From assembly GCF_009914755.1 (NCBI RefSeq), contig NC_060935.1: DNA of 64,000 nt. One strand, 5' to 3'. Shown here piece after piece: positions 1-12,699 of the stretch. The DNA is from the human T2T-CHM13v2.0 reference genome, Homo sapiens. Position numbers and translations under genes: made by a program. The number at the start of each line of letters is the position of its first letter. Positions within the stretch are counted from its first letter, which is position 1. The notes beneath the pieces are model-generated. The model made no database searches. It was given only the letters and a program-made list of their open reading frames with translations, and was not told the origin of the DNA.

Positions 1-996
1 TCTTCTTTTTATTTCCTTGTTTATTTCTGTCTAGCACTAGATTTCATGGGAGACATAGACTAAGATATAAATTTTTAATCCAATATCATCAAAGTTTCAC
101 CAATGATATGTAAGACTCTAGATGTACAGAAATTATAAGCATTTAATTAGCAAAAAGTTATCAGTATGCTAAACTTAAAATATTACTAAGGAATTTAACC
201 AGTGTAGATAGTAAATCTGCTTTGAAATATTGAACAAATAGTTTCATCTATTTTATTTTGATGTCAGTAATTTGTTGTTTTCAAGAATGGCTTTTCTGCA
301 TAGAAAAGACTATGCATTGTTAATTAACTATTTCATTTTACCTAACAGGTAGTGTTTTACTGTAACAAACACAATAATCAAATTTTTTTAAGTTATGATT
401 CAAGTTGCCAAATATATTATTCTAATTATATAACAAGCAGATCTTTACAATCACTTTCGCAAGGGCTCAAAGTTTCCTAATGCATACAATCTTTAATTAA
501 ACTCAATATTTTAAATTGAATTTATAAATCCCTTTTAATTTTCTTCTTAAGCTTTTTATGTATCTGACCAAGAAAAAATATCAACACAAGAATATAAGTA
601 CTTTTTGTATATTAAATACATTAATCTATAAATATGGTAAATTTCACATTATCTTAATTACTTCAATACTGTTTAAAAACACAATAAATCACATTATATT
701 TTTAATTCAAAAATAACCCAGCTCTAAATCAATTTCTGAATTATATATTTGACATTTGTTTCACAAATATGATCAGTCTGATCATCTATCTACCAAATTC
801 TCTTACAGGCAATGTCTCTCAAAAGACCGAAGTTGTGTATCTGCCAAGAGATTCCTGGCTAGCATACAAGATTTTCTTCTTACAATTGACACCGACTGAT
901 CCCTTCTTTGAGTTACCGTAACAGTGACTTCGCAAATAATAAAGAGGTTGGTTTATAGCATGTACCATTGATTTGATTTCATTTAATAATGCTCTA

Positions 997-1082
997 TTTC
1001 TCCATTAATTAATTAATAATTAATCTCCATTAATTAATTAATCTCCATTCATTAATTCTTCCCTACCTCCATTCATTAATTG
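997..1082. repeat. AT-rich short tandem repeat (CTCCATTAATTAATTAA / CTCCATTCATTAATT units)
   Basis: Two copies of tctccattaattaattaa followed by two copies of ctccattcattaatt, read directly. Confidence 0.7.
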
Positions 1083-1236
1083 ACTGTGTTGCTGGGTTTA
1101 AATTATTTTTCTCTTTTTTACATAGCAATATCTTCCATTTGCATCCAAAGGCATTCTTATGTTGGTCTATTGGGATCTTCACACTATATGTAGTTTTGCC
1201 ATCATTCTGTGAACTTTATACAATATTTGAATTGAT

Positions 1237-1431
1237 ATTTAACTTTATTATTTCATTTATTTGCATATAACACCCTGTTTTTCTGTTACAATACTAACAA
1301 CAGAACTTAACAAAAGCATCCAAGCACACAAATAATCAACCTTATGTAAAAATCAATAAATCATGTGAAATGTATGTGAATTCCCTACGTTGTAATATAT
1401 GTCTAATACTGCTTTGGGATAATGGGAGTTA
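1237..1431 (+). repeat. ~195-bp direct repeat, copy 1 (copy 2 at 2581-2776)
   Basis: atttaactttattatttcatttatttgcatataacac...tttgggataatgggagtta aligns with 2581-2776 with scattered substitutions and small indels. Confidence 0.9.
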
Positions 1432-1548
1432 GAAAAAATGTGTAAGACATAATTCACAGATCTATAGTGTCTACTGAGTTATCAGGGAGAATAGCATACA
1501 TTTTCAGTATAAATAAGACAGAAAGAGAGCACGGAATTCAATTAATTC

Positions 1549-1550
<2 letters not shown>

Positions 1551-1581
<31 letters not shown>

Positions 1582-1596
1582 ACGTGTGTGTGTGTG
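1551..1596. repeat. (TG)n microsatellite
   Basis: (TG)15, cacg, (TG)6. Confidence 0.95.
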
Positions 1597-2180
1597 TAAA
1601 ATCGTACTCATAAAACTAATTCAATAAGAGATTATTAAAGTTTTGGAGTATAACATGATGCATTAATCTACATCAATTTCAAATATGTGAATATTCCCAC
1701 TTTATAAGAAAGAAAACTTCAGCTGTTCCATCATTAGCACATTTGAATGCTTGTCTGAGTAGCAAATATGTGATTGGAACCATTTATTTTGTTCCTGCAA
1801 TTGCATTTAATATCTGCAATTTGGTTTTATCCCTAGATCTTTGATATATAAATAAAATATACTTAAAAAATTGTCTCTGAGTATAATTTTCACATTTATA
1901 AAAAGAATAAAATTTTCGCATTTTATCCATGTGAAATCAGAGGCATCTACTGAACAACGATTGAGAGAATGTGTAGCTTTATGATTAGTTCCAGTCTCAG
2001 GAGACAAGAAAGGATGCCAATGATGCAACTGGTGGACACTGAAGACTCACATCTGCACAATAAGCTGCAGCCTGTGTCCCCAGTGAAAAGAAACTACACA
2101 TAAAAAGTCTCTATTCCCAACAATAAGTCCTTTAACCATCATGAAATCCTGGTTGTCTGCACTAGGTGCTCTGCTTAATT

Positions 2181-2377
2181 TGGACTCCTCTTATTTGTGA
2201 GTATGTTTAGGAAGTGGTAGTGTAAGTTTTTTTTACACTTCTCTTATTCCCTGTTACCTCCTCATGCTAGAATATCTGTGGACTCCTCTTAGTTGTGAGT
2301 ATGTTTAGGAAGTGGTAGTGCAAGTTTCTTTTACACTTCTGTTATTCCCTGTTACCTCTTCAAGCTAGAATAATCTG
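2181..2377 (+). repeat. Tandem duplication of a 98-bp unit
   Basis: tggactcctctta...gctagaat(a)atctg occurs at 2181-2278 and 2279-2377. Confidence 0.9.
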
Positions 2378-2580
2378 TTACTGACTGTATGATCTTAGCA
2401 TTGCTTCTGAACAGCCAGAAAACAATTTCTTAAACTGTAGTTTGTTTATTTTTCAATGGTCTTCTCATTTCACGAAAAAGGGCAATATTTACATAACACC
2501 TATAACCAATATTTTTTTGTGTGTGGATGTTTATGGTATTTAATACTTAGTTTATATAGTAACTTAGAGCTACTTGTACA

Positions 2581-2776
2581 ATTTAACTTTATTATTTCAT
2601 TTATTTGCATATAACACTCTGCTTTCCTGTTACAATTCTAACAACAGAACTTAACAGCATCCAAGCATACAAATAATTCATCAACCTTATGTAAAAATCA
2701 ATAAATCATGTGAAACATATGTGAATTCCCTACATTGTATTATGTGTCTAATACTGCTTTGGGATAATGGGAGTTA
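2581..2776 (+). repeat. ~195-bp direct repeat, copy 2
   Basis: Matches 1237-1431. Confidence 0.9.
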
Positions 2777-2917
2777 TAACAATGTATAATAATTATTATA
2801 TTATATAATTATTATAATATATACTGTTTTATATAATTATTGTATATAATTATATCGCATAATATATTATATAATAAATAGTATAATAATATAATGTATA
2901 ATAATGTAATATAATTG
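2777..2917. repeat. (TATAA)n-like AT low-complexity tract
   Basis: Nearly pure A/T with repeated tataat/attata words. Confidence 0.85.
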
Positions 2918-4129
2918 AATTGCAATGCATGTTAACTACATGACAAGGAAAAGAACATCTTCCCCATTTTATACATGACAGTCTTTGGAAATCACATAGA
3001 TGTAATGTTCTTTTATGATATCAATATAACATTGTAAGAACTAGTTTATATTTTCTCTGATTATTTTTCACTACATCTTGTGTTTAACAAAACCAGGACA
3101 TCCACACAGATACTTTATTCCCAGAGCCCAGGACTTTTTTTACTATAACAAATTGTTCATTCTTTCCACTACAATTTTAGAGTGCCTGCATAAAATAGAC
3201 TTCAAAAAGACCATTTTTTGATGGTGTATTTTTACAATTTTGTTATTGCTGTTTGTCAAATTTTTATTTATTTTGCATATTTTACTTTTGGCCATTTTTG
3301 TCTTACAAACAGTTTTTATACATAAATCTTCAGTACATACTGTTTTAAAAGTATAAGTGCATGTATATTCTTAAGAAAGTATATCATGAATTTACATATG
3401 TAATGTTTCATATGTTTAATCAGTTACATACTTATTTCTACAAAATATTCTATAATAAAATTAACAGTACATGAAATACAGTATTTACATGCACTATTTA
3501 TAATAAATTCATCTATAAATATTATGTCATCATAACCACATTTTATGAGCCAACCTCCTTGAGGGCATATAGTGAGCTATTTCAGGTTTGGTTAACAAAA
3601 TTATAGTACAGAGTTTTATTTTAAAAATCCTTAACTCATTTGATGGGCATTTGGCTAGATTCCCTTTTTAATATAATAAAAAGTGCCTTTAACTTTGTGA
3701 TTTCTCTCACCAACCTTATCTCCAATTGTTTTATTGATGAATGATGATTGCATATTTTCAAATGTTCCCTTGGAGTCATGAATTAAAAAGCAATTACTAT
3801 GAAGTGATTTCACATTTTTAAGCAAAGATCCAGATTTGGTCATGACACTTATTAGATCATCTCCAAATTTGTATCTTTTCAAGTTCAAGACTTTTACATC
3901 TTACAATCAAATACTAAATTCCAACCCAATCTGTATAATTCCCGAAGTAATAGATCTAATTTTAAAAAAATTTTTGCCAAATACATTCTCTCATGTCTCC
4001 TACATCTTGGAAAATAACAACCTCATTCAAAAAATATACACAAACACACACACACACATGCCCTTAGAATAATATTTTATTTCATGTTCAACTCTCCATC
4101 TTTTTGGTTCCTACCTCAAAATGGTTACT

Positions 4130-5320
4130 GAATAGAGTCACTCCTTATAGTTTTTCCTACTGCCACCTTAATGTAAGACATAGTCATCTCTCCAGTGGAT
4201 AACTGAAATAGCCTCCTAGATAGCCTCCCTGTTTCTGCTCTTGCCTTGCTGAGATTTATTCTCAGAGGTGTAAAATATAAGTCAAATATGTGGATCCTAT
4301 TACACAGTTAAACACTATGTAATAGAGTATATATGCAAAGCAACTTCCCATCTCACTGAGAAAGCATCCAAACCTCAAACAAGGCAAGGTGTCATAAACA
4401 CAGCATCTCTTATTCCCCACTGGCCACTCTCCATCTTGTTCTCTGCAGTTCAGTCAATCTCCAGAAGTTTCTTGTTCAACATGATCCCACCTCAGGATTT
4501 TGAACTTGCTGTGCCATCTTCCTAAAAAAGTCTTTCTGTAGATAGCCACATATTTAGTCAAACCACTTACATCAGCTTTCTGTTCAGATTTCATCTTATA
4601 TAGAGTTTTTTTGAACAACCTATATGTGGTAGACTAAACGGTGGCCCCTGTGATATTCAAATCCTAATCCCATACCTGTGAATGCTACCTTATATAACAG
4701 AAAATACTTTTCAGAGATGAGTCAGTCAAGGATTTTGAGGAAGGGAGATTACTTGGGATTATCTGGGTAAATACTAAATGTGAGAGGGAGGCAAAGGGAG
4801 ATTTTTCTATAGAAGAAGAAAGCAGTGTGATGACTAATGAAAGTGCTACGCTGCTGTCTTTGAAGATAGAAGGGGCCAAAATAGCACTGTTCATGAAGCT
4901 TGAAAAGGCAGTAAAACAGAGTCTCTCCTAAAGCCTTCAGAAGAAGTGTGGCCCCACGCACACTTGAGTTTGACCCAGCAAACTGATTTCTGGCTTCTGA
5001 CCTCCAAACTGTAAGATAATCAGTTATTGTTTTAAGCCTCTCATTTGGGGGTAACTTGTTATAGCAGCAATAGAAAACGTATACACATATAATAGAGTAC
5101 CTACCACCTCTTTCTATTCACCTTTCCTTATTTATTTTTCTTCATAGTTCTTATCATTTTATACAGTATATCAAGACATGTTTATTTTCTTAACTGAATG
5201 TGAGCTCCTTGAAAGCATGACAATTGTCTTTTTCACGTTTTATCTCTAGCAAATAGAATATTTCTTGCTAGAGTAGAAATACATGTTTATCGAATGCATG
5301 ATATATATGTGAATGAATTA
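4130..5320 (+). mobile_element. Degraded L2 LINE 3' region, interrupted by an MLT1 LTR
   Basis: L2-like words (aatagcctcct...ctccctg; tgtgagctccttgaa...; terminal gaatgaat) on both sides of the LTR; boundaries approximate. Confidence 0.5.
4625..5085 (+). mobile_element. MaLR solo LTR (MLT1D-like)
   Basis: Starts tgtggtag...ggcccc...tcctaatccc...acctgtgaat; ends gttatagcagcaatagaaaac..ataca, typical MLT1 termini. Confidence 0.75.
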
Positions 5321-5352
5321 AATTGTTGATATTTCATTACAAATGTTCAATT

Positions 5353-5851
<499 letters not shown>

Positions 5852-6734
5852 TCATGTCAAAAACATGTGAAACTAAGTGGCAGTCTATGATTTTGCAAAC
5901 AAGAAACATACAATAGATATAGTTTTGGTGCCTCACACTATACCTCGACTCTTTATAATGGGTGTTCAGGTTTGTTTCAATGCTGGTAAAAAACAAGATG
6001 CAAAAGCAAAGTTACACAAAGCTGCAAAAGAAAAGGTTGTAGAGTTAACACTGCTATTTTTGATCAGCCTTAATACTAAATAGCAAATAAAAGGAATGAC
6101 CTGCCTTTTTCTCTCAACTCAATTTTACTGGAGGGCACAATCATTGCTCTTTCACGTTGGCAATCAGGGCAGAAGGTGAGGCAAAAAGAGGTCTAAGGTT
6201 GAGATTTGGAAAGAAATGGGGCTGCATTTGATGAAACTCATTTTCATGAGCTTAAATGGGTATGAAATAATAGGGACAGGTTAGTCACGGAACAAGGGAA
6301 GATTTGTTGTCACTAGATGCTCCTGTTTGTAACCCACATTAGCAGAAGGCTTATATATGTCATAGGATGAGTGGACATTCTACTCATTCTACTTGAGATT
6401 TGCTACCAGTCACATCGGGATTTAAATGTTAATTCTACCTTTAATAGTTTTGAAATATAAGAGCTTTCTTACCCCCCTCCCACATTTTGTGATGTGAAAA
6501 CTAAAAACCAAGGAATAAAACAATCTCTAGTACCAAAAATTTGAATCACTATACATAGATTGTCTAGCACATATATGAGCCACTTCTAAAGTAAATGTTC
6601 TTTCTTTATTTAAGTACAGGGTAACCCTAAATGTCCCATGCTGTTCTGGATACTGGATCATGAAGGAATCATTCCTTTTCCATCAGAGTAATATCTTGTT
6701 CTGCAACTAAGGAATTATATATACCTGAGTAAAA

Positions 6735-7673
6735 ATGAGAGGCTGGAATCATACAGGTGCAAAGGAATTCCTCCTGGTAGGGTTAACTGAAAATCCTAAT
6801 TTGCAGATCCCACTCTTTTTGCTTGTCACTCTGATTTATTTCATCACTTTGTTGGATAATTTGGGTATAATTATTTTAATCTGGTTAAATGCCCAACTTC
6901 ATACTCCAATGTACTTCTTCCTTGGCAACCTCTCCTTTTGTGATATCTGCTACTCTACTGTCTTTGCTCCTAAGATGCTAGTCAATTTCCTATCAAAACA
7001 TAAGTCCAGTACATTTTCTGGCTGTGTTCTACAGAGTTTCCCTTTTGCAGTATATGTAACCACAAAGGACATTCTCCTGTCCATGATGGCTTATGACCAT
7101 TACGTGGCCATAGCTAATCCCTTGTTGTATACAGTCATTATGGCCCAAAAAGTTTGTATTCAGATGGTCCTTGCTTCTTACTTAGGTGGGCTCATTAATT
7201 CCCTGACACACACAATAGGTTTGCTCAAATTAGACTTCTGTGGTCCTAATATTGTGAATCATTATTTCTGTGATGTTCCTCCTCTTCTGAGGCTTTCTTG
7301 CTCTGATGCTCATATCAATGAAATGCTGCCCTTGGTCTTCTCTGGGCTCATTGCAATGTTCACTTTCATTGTCATTATGGTGTCTTATATCTGCATCATC
7401 ATTGCCATCCAGAGAATCCATGCAGCTGAGGGAAGGTACAAAGCCTTCTCCACTTGTGTCTCCCACCTAACCACGGTGACCTTATTCTATGGGTCTGTTT
7501 CTTTTAGTTATATCCAGCCAAGTTCTCAGTATTCCTTGGAACAGGAGAAGGTCTTGGCTGTGTTTTATACACTGGTGATCCCCATGCTAAACCCACTTAT
7601 TTATAGCCTGAGAAATAAGGATGTAAAAGATGCAGCCAAAAGGTTGATATGGTGGGGGAAAAACCCCACTTGA
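6735..7673 (+). CDS. OR5AQ1P: Olfactory receptor family 5, open 312-aa ORF with degenerate motifs (probably annotated as a pseudogene)
   Basis: N-glycosylation site [26 protein letters not shown] and [15 protein letters not shown] present; MAYDHY replaces MAYDRY and DN replaces GN. Symbol inferred from remembered gene order only. Confidence 0.7.
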   Translation: MRGWNHTGAKEFLLVGLTENPNLQIPLFLLVTLIYFITLLDNLGIIILIWLNAQLHTPMYFFLGNLSFCDICYSTVFAPKMLVNFLSKHKSSTFSGCVLQSFPFAVYVTTKDILLSMMAYDHYVAIANPLLYTVIMAQKVCIQMVLASYLGGLINSLTHTIGLLKLDFCGPNIVNHYFCDVPPLLRLSCSDAHINEMLPLVFSGLIAMFTFIVIMVSYICIIIAIQRIHAAEGRYKAFSTCVSHLTTVTLFYGSVSFSYIQPSSQYSLEQEKVLAVFYTLVIPMLNPLIYSLRNKDVKDAAKRLIWWGKNPT

Positions 7674-8459
7674 CTCAGTCCTGCATATAGCTTTGTTAAC
7701 CTAACATTTACCTGCAAATATATGGCCTATCTTTAAAATGATATCAAACAATTATAAATAAAACTATACTCCAGATGCTCTTGTACAGTTTGGATCAGGA
7801 ATGATGAGTTTGACTTGAAGACTGAAAATCACTTTATTTCACAATTTATTGTGTTGATGACTTAATAAAATCATTATTTCAAAAGATGAGACTTTTTTTT
7901 TCTAACAGATTTTCATGCTGAACTCTGAAAAAGCTCACCATGGATTTAAAGAAGGTGTCACTGATTCAAATCAAAGTAATACTCTAACAATAGGTGTTTA
8001 TTAATTCATCTCAGAGGAAATTTTCAGATAAAAATTCACATGTTCCCATGGTATGACTTTCTTAGATTATACTATTATGTCTTATTCTAAAAGGGCTGTC
8101 ATTCAATTAAAAATGAATATCTTCCATTTTGTGTTTAATTTGCATTTCTTAATAGTATCTTAGAAAAAATGGCTATAGGAAATGAGTCCTTTTCCATAGT
8201 AATTTATTATTATTTATGGTTTACTATAAACTATAGTATTTATAATTTACTCTTATTATTATTTATGTTTACTCATTCAACACACTTCTACTGTGCCAGT
8301 CACTTTGTATGTGTGATATAAACCTAAAAACACTTAAACTGTGAACAAAAAGTTGTTAGAGGAAAGAAGAATGGATAAATCTGGTAAAAGGGAGGGATTA
8401 TTTAAAGATTAAAAAGTATATGTTTGGCTCTAGCATGGAATTTTTAAGCAAAAGCAATA

Positions 8460-9117
8460 TGTTGTGCCCAAGTGAGTCAAAACATATGCCACACTTTGAG
8501 ACAAATTAAGAGTCCTTTATTAAGCTGGCTGCCAAAGAGACGGCTAATGCTCAAAATTCTCTCAGCCCCAAGGAAGGGGCTTGATTAACTTTTATACCTA
8601 GGTTTAGGAAGGGGAGGGGGACTTAAATGCAATAATTCTACAGAAGTAAAAACATGCAAGAATCAAAAGAAGCAAAATGGTTACAGAGAGATAAACAACT
8701 TAAAAGACAAATGGTTATAAGAAGAGCAATGGTACCAGGTGCAAGGTTCTAAATCTTTCATTATAATTAGATATAGGGTCTATGCCGGACGGACACGAAC
8801 TCAAGGCTTTATGTTGTTATCTCTTTGAGAAAAATCCTGGGAACTTCATACATAGATGGTGTTAGTACCTTATCAGTTAATTGGGCTCTTTTAAAATGCT
8901 GAGGATCTGTTTACCCATGCCAACTCCTTAGGAAAGGGGGTTGGGTAAGGAGCCCTTAGTGTCTTGTAAATTCAGGGGTCAATTGGAGTTTGTCCAGCCT
9001 TCCCAGCTAGAGAGAGTCTTATTCACATGAGAAGCAAGGCTAGGTGATTAAAGAGACAAGCAGGACAAAATTCAAAGTAAGGAGTTAGTTAGAGTAAAAA
9101 CAAGGTTAGGCATTTCA
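8460..9117 (-). mobile_element. ERV solo LTR (resembles LTR18 family; tentative)
   Basis: TG...CA termini (tgttgtgccc...aggcatttca); minus-strand AATAAA (tttatt ~8516) and TATA (ttttata ~8590); GC-richer than flanks. Confidence 0.65.
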
Positions 9118-10027
9118 ATAGACAATAAGGTTGGCTGGCAGATTATATAGAACCAAATGTATGAAAGTCCTTTAATGATAAGATAACACGTTTTAAGGCT
9201 CAATGGCTAATAAATGAAGCTCTAAATGAAATGTGAATTATATGCTTTGGGAAAGTTTCCATGATTCCATTGTTATCAAAATATTGGTAGGTAAAATAAC
9301 AGGTTGGGAAAAATTACTCTGAACCTATAGGGAAAAAAATACTACGAGACAGATAAGAAGTGCTATGGGTGAGTAACAGAGAGAATGAGACATATTCCAG
9401 AGAAAATTAATGAAAATCATCAAAAGGACTTCAGAAATCATTAGACTTGTGGTTTTTGTTTTGATTTTGAGAGAAAAGCATTTACAATGACACAGATTTT
9501 GAACTTGTGTCACTAGTATGATAAAATTTTTAGGAGATAAAGAAATATGATGTAAGAATCTGAGTGCCATTAAAATTCCTAAAGGAAGAGCTTTCTGGAA
9601 AAAAGGTATAGCCAAGAACAAATTCCAAGAGGTAGGAAGTATCCTGGATTGCTTATAAAACAACAAAAAGGATAGGACTGGAGTAAACAGAGGAAGGAGG
9701 AAAAAGTCAAAATAGTAGAACAGATCATGTGGGATATAAAACTATAAAAACCCTAGAAGAAAACCTAGGTAATAGCATTCACGACATAGGCATGGGCAAA
9801 GACTTCATGTCTAAAACACCAAAAGCAATGGCAACAAAAGCCAAAATTGACAAATGGGGTCTAATTAAACTAAAGAGCTTCTGCACAGCAAAAGCAACTA
9901 TCATCAAAGGGAACAGGCAACCTTCAGAATGGGAGAAAATTTTTGCAATCTAGCCATCTGACAAAAAGCTAATATCCAGAATTTACAAAGAACTTAAACA
10001 AATTTACAAGAAAAAAAACCCAACAAC

Positions 10028-10992
10028 TGTGGGAAAAGAAAGAGAGATCAGACTGTTACTGTGTCTATGTAGAAAGTAGACATAAGGGACTCCATTTTGT
10101 TCTGTACTAAGAAAAATTATTTTGCCTTGAGATGCTGTTAATCTGTAACCCTACCCCCAACCCTGTGTCGCAGAGACATGTGCTGTGTCAACTCAAGGTT
10201 AAATGGATGAAGGGCTATGCAGGATGTGCTTTGTTAAACAAATGCTCGAAGGCAGCATGCTTGTTAAGAGTCATCACCACTCCCTAATCTCAAGTACCCA
10301 GAGACACAAAACACTGCAGAAGGCCGCAGGGACTTCTGCCTAAGAAAGCCAGGTATTGTCCAAGGTTTCTCCCCATGTGATAGTCTGAAATATGGCCTCA
10401 TGGGAAGGGAAAGACCTGACTGTCCCCCAGTCCGATACCCATAAAGGGTCTGGGCTGAGGAGGATTAGTAAAAGAGAAAGGCCTCTTTGTAGTTGAGATA
10501 AGAGGAAGGCATCTGTCTCTTGCTCGTCCCTGGGCAATGGAATGTCTCAGTGTAAAACCCGATTGTATATTCCATCTACTGAGATAGGAGAAAACCGCCT
10601 TAGGGCTGGAGGTGGGACATGCTGGCAGCAATACTGCTCTTTAAGGCATTGAGATGTTTATGTATATGCACATCAAAAGCACAGCACTTTTTTCTTTACC
10701 TTGTTTATGATGCAGAGACATTTGTTCACAGGTTTTCCTGCTGACCTTCTCTCCACTATTACCCTATTGTCCTGCCACATCCCCCTCTCCAAGAAACGCC
10801 CAATAATGATCAATAAATACTAAGGGAACTCAGAGACTGGTGCCTGCGCGGGTCCTCTGTATGCTGAGCGCCAGTCCCCTGGGCCCACTTTTCTTTCTCT
10901 ATACTTTGTCTCTGTGTCTCTTTCTTTTCTCAAGTCTCTCATTCCACCCGACGAGAAATGCCCACAGGTGTGGAGGGGCAGCCACCCCTTCA
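10028..10992 (+). mobile_element. HERV-K(HML-2) solo LTR (LTR5, likely LTR5B)
   Basis: Starts tgtgggaaaagaaagagagatcaga, ends gccaccccttca; 965 bp; exact 6-bp TSD AACAAC (10022-10027, 10993-10998); AATAAA at ~10812. Confidence 0.95.
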
Positions 10993-11637
10993 AACAACCC
11001 CATCAAAAAGTGGGCCAAGGATATGAGCAGACACTTCTAAAGAAGACATTTATGCAGCCAGCAAACATGAAACAAAGCTCCTTATCACTGGTCATGAAAG
11101 AAATGCAAATCCAAACCAAAATGAGATACCATCTCACACCAGTTAGAATGGTAATCATTAAAAAGTCAGGAAACAACAGATGCTGGAGAGGATGTGGAGA
11201 AGTAGGAATGCTTTTACACTGTTGGTGGGAGAGTAATTTAGTTGAACCATTGTGGAAGACAGTGTGGTGATTCCTCAAGGGTCTAGAACTAGAAATACCA
11301 TTTGACCCAGCAATCCCATTACTGGGTTTATACTCAAAGAATTATAAATCATTCTACTATAAAGACACATGCACACCTATGTTTATTGTGACACTGTTCA
11401 CAATAGCAAAGACTTGGAACCAACCAAAATGTCCATCAATGATAGGCTGATTAAAGAAAATGTGGCACATATACACCGTGGAATGCTATGCAGCCATAAA
11501 AAAGGATGAGTTCATGTCCTTTACAGGGACATGGATGAAGCTGGAAACCATCATTCTTAGCAAACTAACACAAGAACAGAAAACCAAACACTGCATGTTC
11601 TCACTCATAAGTGGGAACTGAACAATTAGAACACATG

Positions 11638-12050
11638 TTTCATGTGCATCTGTGTGAAGAGACAACCAAACAGGCTTTGTGTGAGCAACATGGCTGTTTA
11701 TTTCACCTGGGTGCAAGCGGGCTGAGTCCGAAAAGAGAGTCAGCGAAGGAAGATAAGGGTGGGGCCATTTTATACGATTTGGGTAGAGAAAGGAAAATTA
11801 CAGTCGAAGGGGGTTGTTCTCTGGTGGGCAGGAGTGGGGGTCACAAGGTACTCAGTGGGGGAGCTTTTGAGCCAGGATGAGCCAGGAGAAGGAATTTCAC
11901 AAGACAATGTCATCAGTTAAGGCAGGAATAGGCCATTTTCACTTCTTTTGTGGTGGAATGTCATCAGTTAAGGCAGGAACCGGCCATCTGGATGTGTACG
12001 TGCAGGTCACAGGGGATAGGATGGCTTAGCTTGGGCTCAGAGGCCTGACA
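11638..12050 (-). mobile_element. HERV-H solo LTR (LTR7)
   Basis: Reverse complement starts TGTCAGGCCTCTGAGCCCAAGCTAAGCCATC and ends CTCTTCACACAGATGCACATGAAA; 5-bp TSD ACATG (11633-11637, 12051-12055); internal repeat gtcatcagttaaggcaggaa occurs twice. Confidence 0.95.
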
Positions 12051-12699
12051 ACATGGACACAGAAAGGGAAACATCACACACCGGGACCTGTTGGGGTGTA
12101 GGGGGCTAGGGGACGGATAGCATTAGGAGAAATACCTAATGTAGATGAAGGGTTGATGGGTGCAGCAAACCACCATGGCACGTGTATATTTATGCAACAA
12201 ACCTGCACTTTCTGCACATGTATTCCACTACTTAAAGTATAAAAAAAAAACAAAAAAAAAAAACTTTGAACTAAAAACAAATTTATCTTTTATATTGTTA
12301 TAGGTTAAATATTTAAACAGAATAGAATCCTGGGAAAACTAATAAAATTCAATTATTTAAATTTAAAAAGAAAAAATATTTACCGCAGTTTGAAGATGTA
12401 TGGGAAATGAAGCTGAGTTCACACCTCCAAAGAGTTAAAATTTAATTGCCTGCATGTTTAAAGGGCTAGATGGGGTGAGAGAGACAGAGACAAGAGACCA
12501 GCCTCCTAATCAAAACTTTGGGAAGTCCACAGCCCAGAAACAGTGATGAGAAAAAGAAAATGAGGTCTATCTATAAACCAAGGCAATAATAACTCAATTA
12601 ATAATTGAATTAATACAATCAGCACTTCATCCTTTCTGCCTGCAGGAAAAAGCAAAACCCTCCCTTGTGGAAAATAATATCCTTTTCAGTTTCTATCAT

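Larger units (their letters stand above)
9737..12263 (+). mobile_element. 5'-truncated L1PA (ORF2 3' part plus 3' UTR), split by two LTR insertions
   Basis: ORF2 peptides [22 protein letters not shown] and [17 protein letters not shown]; G-rich 3' UTR; poly(A) at 12241-12263. Confidence 0.95.

Noticed and set aside
1237-2776. Direct repeats flanking 1.15 kb as a possible LTR element
   Set aside because: No TG..CA termini, TSD, PBS or polypurine tract seen.
7180-7260. Identical peptide [13 protein letters not shown] in the ORs at 6735 and 23480, suggesting gene conversion
   Set aside because: Third codon positions differ extensively between the two, so this reflects old paralogy and selection, not recent conversion.
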